Shown here in pieces: positions 28,277 to 37,246 of a DNA stretch of 64,000 bases; within the stretch, counting starts at the first letter, position 1; every line of letters starts with the position of its first letter. Source of the stretch: Candidatus Thorarchaeota archaeon (lineage in GTDB: Archaea; Asgardarchaeota; Thorarchaeia; Thorarchaeales; Thorarchaeaceae); NCBI GenBank assembly GCA_019057475.1, contig DXJO01000008.1:82621-146620 (forward strand), read 5' to 3'. The notes below the pieces were generated by a model. It searched no databases. It was not told the origin of the DNA and saw only the letters and a program-made list of their open reading frames with translations. Both the position numbers and the translations under genes were made by a program.

Positions 28277-29014
28277 ATGTTCCCGACACAGTCACTAGGC
28301 TACGACCGTGCAATTACAGTATTCAGTCCCGAAGGACGCCTATACCAAGTTGAATACGCTACAGAAGCAGTCCGTCACGGGCCGCTTGCAGTTGGTGTAA
28401 AGGCTACTGATGGTGTTGTCTTGGTTGGTGAGAAGCGTTCTCCGCACCCCCTGGTTGATTTGACCACATTGAAGAAACTCCTTCTTATCGACGATCATGT
28501 TGGAACGGCAATTGCAGGGCTGCATGCTGATGCTAGGAAGCTCATTGATCAGGCTAGAGTTCAGGCACAAATCAATAGACTCAGTTATGACGAACCGGTG
28601 TCGATACAATCACTAGTTGTTAATGTCTGTGACACTAAACAGCTTCATACACAATATGGTGGAGTCCGACCATTCGGAGTGGCACTTCTGGTCGCTGGCG
28701 TAGATGACCTCGGCCCCCAGCTATTCAGCACTGATCCTTCTGGATCCTACTGGGGTTGGAAGGCAACCGCAATAGGCAAGGATTCGGACGTGGTACGTGA
28801 GTTCTTCGCTGAGAAGTACAAACCAGACATCAATCTAGATGGTGCACTCAAGTTGGCAATAGAAGGCGTCCTCACGCCTGGCAGCGACAAGACTGTATCT
28901 GACCCAGCTGAGAAGGCAAAGACCATAGAGATTGGTCGGGTTGACACCACTAAGCGTGAATTCAAGATATTGCCGCAAGATGAGGTCGAGGCCATTCTCG
29001 CAGCTTTCGCTTAG
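28277..29014 (+). CDS. psmA: 20S proteasome alpha subunit
   Basis: GYDRAITVFSPEGRLYQVEYA, GLHADAR, YGGVRPFGVALL, TDPSG, ATAIG. Confidence 0.96.
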   Translation: MFPTQSLGYDRAITVFSPEGRLYQVEYATEAVRHGPLAVGVKATDGVVLVGEKRSPHPLVDLTTLKKLLLIDDHVGTAIAGLHADARKLIDQARVQAQINRLSYDEPVSIQSLVVNVCDTKQLHTQYGGVRPFGVALLVAGVDDLGPQLFSTDPSGSYWGWKATAIGKDSDVVREFFAEKYKPDINLDGALKLAIEGVLTPGSDKTVSDPAEKAKTIEIGRVDTTKREFKILPQDEVEAILAAFA

Positions 29015-29046
29015 CTTGACCGTTCCGCACTCAAGTTTGACAGGAA

Positions 29047-29922
29047 CTAAGTGCCTTTTGATTTCTTCACCAGTAGATCGACAATCATCCCAGCTATATC
29101 GAGATTTGTGACCCTTGACAATGCACTCCAGGATGGCGAAGCATTGGCTTCTATAACACAAGGGCCATCTTTTGATTCCAGGATGTCGACACCTGTATAG
29201 TCGAGCTTCAACACCTCTGCGGTCTTGATGGCACACTCTGTGTACTCGTCATCGAGTTCCACAGCTTCTGCCTCGGCTCCTCCGTGTATGTTGCTTCGCC
29301 ACTCCCCCTTTGGCACATTGCGGTACATTGCAGCCACAAGCTGATTATCTATGACAAATGCTCTAATGTCGCGGTCAGGTTTCTCAATCATTTCTTGAAC
29401 GTAGAGCACCTGTCCAAGCTGGTGAATAAATTTCAGTGCACGGTAGGTTAGTTCTTGGTTCTCCGCTCGAATCATGCCCATGCCACGCGCTCCGATTAGA
29501 GGTTTGATGATTACATCCCCTACCTCCTCGGAGAATGCTGTAGCGGCCTCTAGGTTCTCACTCACATGCGTGCGTGGCACTCTGATGCCCGCCTTGTGCA
29601 GGGCAGTAAGAGTGGCATACTTGTCCTTAGCGCGTCGGAACGAGTAGGCTGGATTCATCACGTAGATTCCGGCATCTTCGAGATGTTCAAGGAGGCTTAT
29701 TCGGTATGTAATTTGATTGCCGGTGCCAAACCCAATGGTCCTCACGATGGCACCATCCAGTGTAAGGTCCTCTTCGAGGTGTACGAACCCATGAGGAATC
29801 TCAGCTGCAACGTCTAGTAGTCGAAAGGGTTTCACATCATGGCCTTTGGCTTTCATTGCATCAATCAGTCCTTTCGTAGCCCAGTTGTTGACGTTCTCGT
29901 GGTAGCTTATTCCGAACCGCAT
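29047..29922 (-). CDS. RimK/LysX/CofF/MptN-family ATP-grasp ligase
   Basis: DKY, VPRT, IIKPL, YVQE, DIRAFV, WRSNIHGG, GVDIL, IEAN. Confidence 0.9.
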   Translation of the reverse strand: MRFGISYHENVNNWATKGLIDAMKAKGHDVKPFRLLDVAAEIPHGFVHLEEDLTLDGAIVRTIGFGTGNQITYRISLLEHLEDAGIYVMNPAYSFRRAKDKYATLTALHKAGIRVPRTHVSENLEAATAFSEEVGDVIIKPLIGARGMGMIRAENQELTYRALKFIHQLGQVLYVQEMIEKPDRDIRAFVIDNQLVAAMYRNVPKGEWRSNIHGGAEAEAVELDDEYTECAIKTAEVLKLDYTGVDILESKDGPCVIEANASPSWSALSRVTNLDIAGMIVDLLVKKSKGT

Positions 29923-30051
29923 TCGAGCGTGGTCTCCCTTTGTTTCAGATGCACATTGCACTAGTAGCTTGGTCCATAAAAACCTGAATGCTTGCACCAC
30001 AGGTGTAGCCCATGGAAAAAGCCTAAGTGAACATGCTGCTATCTGCAATCT

Positions 30052-30831
30052 ATGCCCCTCCCCGGACTCACCAAGGAACAGATGGTTGAGGTCGACCGCA
30101 TCATGGTGAAAGAGCTCCATGTTCCCGTTGAATTGATGATGGAGCATGCGGGACTGAATCTAGCCCGGTTGGCCATTCGCCTTAGTGGGGTCAAGCCCAT
30201 TGAGTATCTAGTTGTGGCGGGTTCGGGAAATAACGGGGGTGGGGGTCTCGCGGCAGCAAGGCGCTTACAAAACTGGAATCTTTCGGTAGAAGTGTGGCTG
30301 CCAAAAGGTGAAGACGCCCTCCGCTCGATACCTATGGAACAGCTAAACCGGGCAAAGGAAGCAGGCGTAACTATCTATGAAGGCGAACCGAAGGCGAGCA
30401 AAGGTCCTGAAGTCTGCATCTTGGACGCTTACGTTGGATATGGCTATTCTAGGAGGAATGACTCCGTGACTAGCGAAGTCTTCAGTTACTTGGCAGAACA
30501 CTCCAACGTTATATCGCTGGATGCTCCGTCGGGACTGGATGTGACTACGGGAGTCAGCGAGAACGGACTGTCACCAAGAGCCACGCTGACACTGGCGTTC
30601 CCAAAGATTGGTCTCCTTCGTGCCCTTGAGAAAACATCAGATGCGCTCTATGTTGCGGATATCGGTGTTCCATCAAGCATCTACAAAGATCGGCTTGGCA
30701 TTGCGTGGAGTTCGCCATTTGATTTGGTGAGCCTCTCCAAGCTGGACCGAGCATTTGCAGAGGACGCTATCCAACAGGTTGAGATCAGTTACGTAGAGGC
30801 AGAAGGAGTCCATTTCTGGGATATCAAATGA
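30052..30831 (+). CDS. nnrE: NAD(P)H-hydrate epimerase (YjeF_N)
   Basis: LMMEHAG, GSGNNGGGG, SLDAPSGLD, TLTLAFPKIGL, ADIGVP. Confidence 0.9.
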   Translation: MPLPGLTKEQMVEVDRIMVKELHVPVELMMEHAGLNLARLAIRLSGVKPIEYLVVAGSGNNGGGGLAAARRLQNWNLSVEVWLPKGEDALRSIPMEQLNRAKEAGVTIYEGEPKASKGPEVCILDAYVGYGYSRRNDSVTSEVFSYLAEHSNVISLDAPSGLDVTTGVSENGLSPRATLTLAFPKIGLLRALEKTSDALYVADIGVPSSIYKDRLGIAWSSPFDLVSLSKLDRAFAEDAIQQVEISYVEAEGVHFWDIK

Positions 30832-30922
30832 TAAAGAAGTTTTAAGTGGTCCACTGGAGCCGAAGGCAAAACAGCAGAGAAGCGATTCTTGCATTGAACT
30901 GGAACGCTTTTGGTGAGCATCC

Positions 30923-31933
30923 TTGATCAACAAGATGACTGAGATATCTGACAAATTGGAGCGGCAGAGAAAGGACGATCCAAAGCTGCTTATCAAGATG
31001 CAGGTGGCCGCTCAGGGACAAGATCCTCGTTTCTTCATAGTTTCTCAAATCCATCGAAGCACTCAAGATCTGAAGCTTCTGGGTCTTGAACAAGGAGATG
31101 CCTTCCATGGCACTCGCGTTTCAGGCTGTCCGCTCCTCTCACCCAGCAAATCGCCAGTACTGTTTGCTGGACCTGCCGCCTTCAATGGAAATTTTCCCCA
31201 GAAAGATGGCGTTGTAATCACGTTTGATAGAGATGAACCACAAGAACGAATTCGCGAATCACTTGTCAATCTTACAGAACATCCGGACCTTTCTGAGATA
31301 CCCATCATAGCTCTCAGTGTTGATTATGGTCAGGGCCATGCTCAAGCAATAGGTCACTCCTTTAATCGCAATAGAGATGTTGAGGAGATGTTCGTATCGA
31401 GGTGTGTTAGACCCGAAAGACTCGACGAGAGCGTCCTAGTGTTGTTATGCTCAGACTCGCGTGTTCATCCTCCTTTAACTCCCGTCGGAATACCCTACGC
31501 GATTCAAACTCTTGGAGCCTACGTTTCCAAGTACACTGGTGCAAATGACGAAACTATGCAGCTGAATGATTTCTTCTCAGACTGGCTTTCCACAGACGCT
31601 AGTGAAAAACGAATTCTGATAGTTGAACATGGGGGATTCACCCAGAATGAACCGCCATGTGGTGCAGGGCAGGCATCCCTGAATCCAGACCAGGTGAAAG
31701 GAGAGTTTCTGCGCCCTGTGATTGAGCTACTCCGCCAAGAAGCACTTCGATTCGAAGATGGCATTCCCAAGACAGTCGAAGATAGAGTTCTTGCAATCGG
31801 CCAGGCCACTGAATACAATCTACGAAACTACCCTGCGATAGCCAGAGCGCAGGACGAAGGAGTTAGCATGGAATCGCTGTTTCAGATAGTGACAATGGAC
31901 ACTGTTACAGGCAAGCTCCGTGAGATTGGATAA
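30923..31933 (+). CDS. Divergent beta-carbonic-anhydrase-like protein with two domains
   Basis: C-terminal half has LLCSDSRV and H...PPCGA; N-terminal half has GQDPRF...LGLEQGDAF without Zn ligands. Confidence 0.6.
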   Translation: MINKMTEISDKLERQRKDDPKLLIKMQVAAQGQDPRFFIVSQIHRSTQDLKLLGLEQGDAFHGTRVSGCPLLSPSKSPVLFAGPAAFNGNFPQKDGVVITFDRDEPQERIRESLVNLTEHPDLSEIPIIALSVDYGQGHAQAIGHSFNRNRDVEEMFVSRCVRPERLDESVLVLLCSDSRVHPPLTPVGIPYAIQTLGAYVSKYTGANDETMQLNDFFSDWLSTDASEKRILIVEHGGFTQNEPPCGAGQASLNPDQVKGEFLRPVIELLRQEALRFEDGIPKTVEDRVLAIGQATEYNLRNYPAIARAQDEGVSMESLFQIVTMDTVTGKLREIG

Positions 31934-32003
31934 GGGCTTGTTGACATCATCACGCCTTCAAAGGTGACATACATACTATCATACAATTGCAGGTCCAGAA
32001 TGA
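31893..32003 (+). repeat. Left copy of an imperfect ~111-bp direct repeat flanking the AT-rich insertion
   Basis: Matches 35224-35345 with 7 substitutions and an 11-nt indel (aligned by eye). Confidence 0.9.
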
Positions 32004-32087
32004 TACTGGCATTCCCAAAGATTGGCCTCCTTCTAAGGTTACTACTTAATAGGAAATCAGATTCCTGAATTTGAATGCGGGAGGTTA

Positions 32088-35000
32088 TTGATAGTGTCAA
32101 CAAAGGATAAGATGCGCCCACAATTTTCACATAATGATGCTGTCAGACTAGCCAAGACGATATATGGTATTGATTGTGCTGCAAGGGAATTGCCAAGTGA
32201 ACGTGATAGAAACTTTCTGCTCATTACTAAAACCAATGAGAAATACGTGATGAAAATTTCCGCAACCTCTGAATCCCGAGATGTCATTGATTGTCAAAAT
32301 GCCGCGTTGCAGCATATCCAAGAGGTTGATGAATCAATAGCGATTCCAAGAATAATTCATTCTCTTAATGGAGAATTTGTTCCGCTTATTTCGACCGAAG
32401 TGGGACATGAGCATTTCATAAGACTATTGACATATCTCCCGGGACGAGTATTCGCGAAAATTAATCCGCATACTATGAAACTGATGGAAGATTTCGGAAA
32501 ATTCATGGGGTCCCTTTCTAGGGCATTAGAGAGCTTTTCGCACCCTGCTGCTAATCGCGACTTCTACTGGGATTTGAAAAACTCACCTCAAATGATTGTT
32601 GAATATAGAGAATTGATTAGTGACAAGAAGAAAAGGGAAATTTCAGACTATTTCTACAATCTATTCGATCAAGAAGTAGTACCCCATATCCGAGAATTAA
32701 GGTCAAGTATAGTGCATAATGACGCAAACGATTACAATGTGGTCGTTGATACAAATTGGACTAATGATTCGAGAAAACTCGGAATTTTTGATTTTGGTGA
32801 CATGTTGTTTACTTGCACAATATTTGAGCTAGCAATTGCTACTGCGTACGCAATATTAGACCATGATGATCCAGTAATGGCTGCAGCTGCAATGATTAAG
32901 GGGTATCACTCAGTATTTCCACTAACAGAACTAGAAATGAAAGTTCTATTTCCAGCTATATGTGCAAGATTACTATCTAGTGTTTGTGTATCAGCATACC
33001 AGCAGTTTCTGGAACCAGAGAATGAATACTTGGCGATAACTGAAACTCCCGCATGGCGGACTCTCAGCAGACTTAGAAAAATGCATCCTAAACACGTTTG
33101 GTACATCTTCAGAGATGCATGTGGATTTCCGCCAAACCCAGAAAACCCGAGAATAGTAAAATGGATAACCGATAATGAAAGTCACTTTGGCAATGTTCTG
33201 ACTAAAAGCATGGAAGAATACAAGTCCGTAGTAATTGACCTAAGTGTCGGTAGTCTAGATTTCGAGTATCCTGAGGATGTCGTGGTTTTTAAAAGATTTT
33301 CTAGAATAATACAGAATAAGATGGACGACCACAAGGCAGAGATTGCTTTTGGTCGATACGATGAAAGTCGTCTTATCTACACCGGTGACCAATATTCAGA
33401 GAATGAAGATCTCGTACAGAATTCAAGAGTAACCCATCTTGGTATTGATATCTTTTCACCACCTAAAACTCCCATTTTCGCACCTCTAGATGGTATCGTT
33501 CATTCACTGAAAAACAATGACATTCCATTAGATAATGGACCAACTATTATCCTTGAACATAACCCCACTTCAGATACTAAGTTCTATACACTCTATGGAC
33601 ATCTAAGTCTGGACTCAATTAACGGACTAATAATTGGACAGAAAATAAGTAAAGGAGATGAAATTGCGCGCATAGGGGATTACCCTAAGAATGGTGGATG
33701 GCCTCCACATTTACATTTTCAAATAATCACAGATATGTTGGACGTGGAGGGGAATTACAATGGAGCTTGTGGGGTAAATCAACGTGATGTTTGGCGAAGC
33801 ATTTGTCCTGATCCAAATTTGATTCTAAAGATTCCAGAAGATAAGTTTCCAGACCCTCTCCTAACTAAACAAGAGATATTACAGACTAGACAGGAGTATA
33901 TTGGACCAAATCTGAGTGTTTCCTATAAAGAGCCATTGAAGATTGTAAGAGGATACATGCAGTACTTGTATGATGAAGATGGAAAGAGATACCTTGACGC
34001 AGTGAATAATGTTCCCCACGTCGGTCATTCAAATCCAAATGTGGTTAAAGCTCTACAGAAACAAGCAGCTGCACTTTATACAAATACTAGATACTTGCAT
34101 GATAACCTTGTTAGGTATGCGGAGAAACTTATTGAAAAAACGCCAGAACCACTTAGTGTCTGTTATTTCGTGAATAGTGGAAGTGAAGCAAACGAACTTG
34201 CATTGAGATTAGCTAGAACACATACTCAGCGAGATGGAATTATCATTGTGGATGATGCGTATCATGGAAACACCGATACCTTAGTCGATCTTAGTCCATA
34301 CAAACACAAAGGACCCGGAGGACGTGAACCACCCACACATGTAGTCTCAGTTTTCAAAGCAGATCCATTCAGAGGGAAGTTTGGTTCTGATGACTCCAAG
34401 GCCGGAGAGAAATACGCTTCTTATATCAAAGATTTTGCTATACCAAGGTTGGAAGAAAGCGGTCATCCTGTAGCTGCATTCATTTGCGAACCCGTTATGA
34501 GTTGTGCAGGACAAATCGTATTTCCAAAGGGATACCTAAAGAAAGCCTATGAGCACGTAAGAAATGCGGGAGGCGTGTGCATAGCAGATGAAGTGCAGAT
34601 TGGATTCGGTAGAGTTGGAAGTCATTTCTGGGGGTTTGAAACACAAGGAGCCATACCGGATATTGTAACTATGGGTAAACCAATAGGAAACGGACATCCA
34701 TTAGCAGCTGTTGTTACAACCCCAGAGATAGCAAAATCATTCGACAATGGAATGGAATTCTTCAGCACTACGGGTGGAAACACTGTTTCATGTGCAGTTG
34801 GACTAGCTGTTCTTAATGAGATCGAATCAAAGAACTTGCAGGAGAATGCATTCTCTGTTGGAAAACATATGAAAGAAAAACTGCTCGATCTGAAAAAGAA
34901 ATACCCTCTCATTGGAGATGTAAGAGGTCTCGGACTGTTTCTTGGTGTTGAACTAGTAAAAGACCAGGAAGAATTGTTTGAACCAGCAGCAGAAGAAGCA

Positions 35001-35177
35001 ACATATATTGTCAATAGGATGAAAGAACTTGGAGTATTAATTAGTGTGGATGGATATCTTCGTAATGTCCTCAAGATCAAACCCCCAATCATATTCTCCA
35101 ATGAGGATGTAGATTATTTTATTGAACGTCTGGAAACCGTTCTTAACGAAGATTTTCCGAGCGGTATTATAGAATAA
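32088..35177 (+). CDS. Aminoglycoside/hydroxylysine-kinase-like phosphotransferase + M23-like domain + class III aminotransferase/phospho-lyase fusion
   Basis: HNDANDYN and DFGD (kinase); HLGID, LYGH, PPHLHFQ (M23); NNVPHVGH, NSGSEAN, ADEVQ.GFGR, MGKPIGNG (class III PLP). AT-rich relative to flanks. Confidence 0.92.
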   Translation: MIVSTKDKMRPQFSHNDAVRLAKTIYGIDCAARELPSERDRNFLLITKTNEKYVMKISATSESRDVIDCQNAALQHIQEVDESIAIPRIIHSLNGEFVPLISTEVGHEHFIRLLTYLPGRVFAKINPHTMKLMEDFGKFMGSLSRALESFSHPAANRDFYWDLKNSPQMIVEYRELISDKKKREISDYFYNLFDQEVVPHIRELRSSIVHNDANDYNVVVDTNWTNDSRKLGIFDFGDMLFTCTIFELAIATAYAILDHDDPVMAAAAMIKGYHSVFPLTELEMKVLFPAICARLLSSVCVSAYQQFLEPENEYLAITETPAWRTLSRLRKMHPKHVWYIFRDACGFPPNPENPRIVKWITDNESHFGNVLTKSMEEYKSVVIDLSVGSLDFEYPEDVVVFKRFSRIIQNKMDDHKAEIAFGRYDESRLIYTGDQYSENEDLVQNSRVTHLGIDIFSPPKTPIFAPLDGIVHSLKNNDIPLDNGPTIILEHNPTSDTKFYTLYGHLSLDSINGLIIGQKISKGDEIARIGDYPKNGGWPPHLHFQIITDMLDVEGNYNGACGVNQRDVWRSICPDPNLILKIPEDKFPDPLLTKQEILQTRQEYIGPNLSVSYKEPLKIVRGYMQYLYDEDGKRYLDAVNNVPHVGHSNPNVVKALQKQAAALYTNTRYLHDNLVRYAEKLIEKTPEPLSVCYFVNSGSEANELALRLARTHTQRDGIIIVDDAYHGNTDTLVDLSPYKHKGPGGREPPTHVVSVFKADPFRGKFGSDDSKAGEKYASYIKDFAIPRLEESGHPVAAFICEPVMSCAGQIVFPKGYLKKAYEHVRNAGGVCIADEVQIGFGRVGSHFWGFETQGAIPDIVTMGKPIGNGHPLAAVVTTPEIAKSFDNGMEFFSTTGGNTVSCAVGLAVLNEIESKNLQENAFSVGKHMKEKLLDLKKKYPLIGDVRGLGLFLGVELVKDQEELFEPAAEEATYIVNRMKELGVLISVDGYLRNVLKIKPPIIFSNEDVDYFIERLETVLNEDFPSGIIE

Positions 35178-35223
35178 GACGTAATACCAAGTCAATAGTT
35201 GAAATCCAAGAATTTGCAGGATG

Positions 35224-35345
35224 CAATGGATACAGTTACAGGCAAGCTCCGTGAGATTGGATAAGGGATTGTTGACATCATCACGCCTTCAAGACGCCTT
35301 CGAAGGTGATATACATGCTATCATACATTTGCAGGTCCAGAATGA
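35224..35345 (+). repeat. Right copy of the imperfect direct repeat
   Basis: Contains a second copy of the last codons of the CA-like gene (MDTVTGKLREIG*) and the true 3' end of the nuclease gene. Confidence 0.9.
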
Positions 35346-35961
35346 AGGAGTTTAGTTTGAATATGGGTATCACGGGCACGCCTTCATGAAACTCGATATC
35401 CTCCACCATCCAAGTCACAATGATTGGCACAAGAGAATAGGACCCGTTGGGTATGGGCTTGAGTTTTCGTGCGAGCCTGTTCATTTGATTCGCTAATTGG
35501 GCGGTTCTTTCCTTCTGCTTTTCCGCAGCGTGCGCAAGTGCCGAGGATTTCCCTGGTCTAATCCCCCACATCTTTGCATCTATGGACACGATAGTCTTTC
35601 CTCTCACGCCGACAACATCGATTTCCATGCCCTTGATGATGCTGTTACCTCTTCTTCGGAAGCTCTCCACGCAACGGAATTCATTCTCTTCCAAGATTTC
35701 CGCAACAAATCCCTCAAAGTCTTTCCAAGTCAGCAGTTTAACAACCGTTTCGATGGCTGATCCAAGGGCAACCGCCTTGAAGGCGAGTGTGATACGGTTG
35801 CGCCTTGATACAATCCACGTGTCGTCTAATCCCCTGCTAGTCCCCAGGCTTTCAAGAACCCCTACCGTTCTTCTGTCCACAATCTCGAGAGCACTCGAAT
35901 CCTTCGTATTCTTTAGGAGAAACAGAATGCGGTCAAGGATGTTCTCGTCCATCTCACTCAT
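35281..35961 (-). CDS. Restriction-endonuclease-like PD-(D/E)XK protein (Mrr/NERD-like)
   Basis: WKDFEGFVAEIL, EIDVVG, IDAK. Confidence 0.75.
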   Translation of the reverse strand: MSEMDENILDRILFLLKNTKDSSALEIVDRRTVGVLESLGTSRGLDDTWIVSRRNRITLAFKAVALGSAIETVVKLLTWKDFEGFVAEILEENEFRCVESFRRRGNSIIKGMEIDVVGVRGKTIVSIDAKMWGIRPGKSSALAHAAEKQKERTAQLANQMNRLARKLKPIPNGSYSLVPIIVTWMVEDIEFHEGVPVIPIFKLNSFILDLQMYDSMYITFEGVLKA

Positions 35962-36017
35962 TCGTTTTTGCGCTCTAGTTTATATCTCCCACTGCTGTGA
36001 TAATAGTTTGATTGAGT

Positions 36018-36512
36018 ATGTCTGAATCTTCAGAAGGTTGGGGGCGGGTCCTCAAGGCATTCGATGATTGGATCTCCTACGAAAGCTCAGAGTTTGCTCC
36101 ATGGACTGCATACTTTTCCCCAGAGAATCTGCGTGACCTTACTGACAAGGAGCGGATGGGTTGGATGCACTCCATGTACAGTGAGGTGATTCCAGGACGT
36201 GTTGAGAGCTGTAAATCGGTCGCTGTTGCTTTCGAGGACTTTTTGCCATATATGCCCGACCCGGCGTCGATAGAGACCGTGCGGTCAATGATTGACTTGA
36301 GCGCAAGAATACAGGATGGCATGCTAGGCATGAGTGATGTCATAACTACCATGATGGAGGAGTACAAGGTTGGAGGACTTGATGAAGCCTTTCACTACCT
36401 CTCATCTCTCGCTGAAGCTGAAGAAGACATTCGGCACCACATGACTCTCTATAGTGCGGGATTTAGGAAGCTGAAGAAGTTGGGGCTCACAATGCCTGAG
36501 GAAATGACGTAG
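36018..36512 (+). CDS. Hypothetical alpha-helical protein
   Basis: 164-aa ORF divergent from the nuclease gene; TTTATAT box at about 35979. Confidence 0.7.
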   Translation: MSESSEGWGRVLKAFDDWISYESSEFAPWTAYFSPENLRDLTDKERMGWMHSMYSEVIPGRVESCKSVAVAFEDFLPYMPDPASIETVRSMIDLSARIQDGMLGMSDVITTMMEEYKVGGLDEAFHYLSSLAEAEEDIRHHMTLYSAGFRKLKKLGLTMPEEMT

Positions 36513-36651
36513 GTCATGGACCGGCATGGCGTGATAAAGCATTGATTCAACAAGTAGGCCCGCCGTATTTCAGCTCGAAAGGCTAACAGCACGCCTGACA
36601 AACCTTAAGTATTGATAGACGAGAGGGAATTCGACCCACTAACAAAGTGAG

Positions 36652-37116
36652 GTGATAACACAATGGGTTTTGGAAGTAAAACCACAACCTCGGCCCATCG
36701 ATGTCGGGTCGCAGAGTCAACAGGTGAGTGTCAAATTAGCCAACGAGGCGAATGTGTTCTCCAGTAGCCATCAGGTTTCTGAACAGTTCACTCATACTGC
36801 TGACAAGCCTACTTTTGAGAGTCTTGCTGCATCATTCCTACGGTTAGCCGACCTAAGGTTGAGCAGCACTCAGAAGACCGTCTTGAGAATGAGTGCCCAA
36901 CTCTTGGAGCACCATCGTCTAACGGTTACTGGGCTTGCAGATTTGCTATCCCGACGAAGCACTGTTCCATATTCGACTGCGAAATGGAATCTGCGTTCTT
37001 TGATGGACTTGGGGCTGCTTGCTGGGGGCAATGCCCAGTGCAGAGGATTGCAAGCAAGTCTGACCCCCTCTGGGCGGATGTTAGCTGCATATCTCGAAGA
37101 ATCTGATGTAGACTGA
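36652..37116 (+). CDS. Winged-helix DNA-binding protein
   Basis: LSSTQKTVL...TVTGLADLL...YSTAKWNLRSLMDLGLL...LTPSGR. The true start may be GTG 36754. Confidence 0.7.
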   Translation: MITQWVLEVKPQPRPIDVGSQSQQVSVKLANEANVFSSSHQVSEQFTHTADKPTFESLAASFLRLADLRLSSTQKTVLRMSAQLLEHHRLTVTGLADLLSRRSTVPYSTAKWNLRSLMDLGLLAGGNAQCRGLQASLTPSGRMLAAYLEESDVD

Positions 37117-37162
37117 GAAAGAGGGGACTCCATCGAGTTTCCCCTTTCTCGTTTCTTTTTTT
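37115..37162 (+). terminator. Hairpin plus T-tract terminator between convergent genes
   Basis: GAGAAAGAGGGGACTC...GAGTTTCCCCTTTCTC inverted repeat followed by GTTTCTTTTTTT. Confidence 0.6.
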
Positions 37163-37202
37163 GGTGTCCGACAGTCCAATGAAGATATCGAGGGACTCCT
37201 CG

Positions 37203-37246
37203 TGCTCTGCCGGTGTTGCATTGCTTTACACGCCGGCTTCACTGCA
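37203..37246 (-). promoter_or_regulatory. Putative eukaryote-type SECIS element overlapping the stop codon
   Basis: RNA 5'-UGC AG UGAA GCCGGCGUGU AAA GC AAU GC A ACA CCGGC AGA GCA-3': UGA/GA K-turn core, 11 nt to unpaired AAA, apical mini-stem. Confidence 0.72.

Noticed and set aside
31882-32130. 82-aa minus-strand ORF containing ILDLQLYDSMYVTFEGV
   Set aside because: A by-product of the duplicated nuclease 3' end, not an independent gene.
36870-37241. Read-through of the selenoprotein's terminal UGA into the 36870..37133 minus ORF
   Set aside because: The extension runs through the SECIS and terminator and antisense to the wHTH gene; the peptide is not protein-like.
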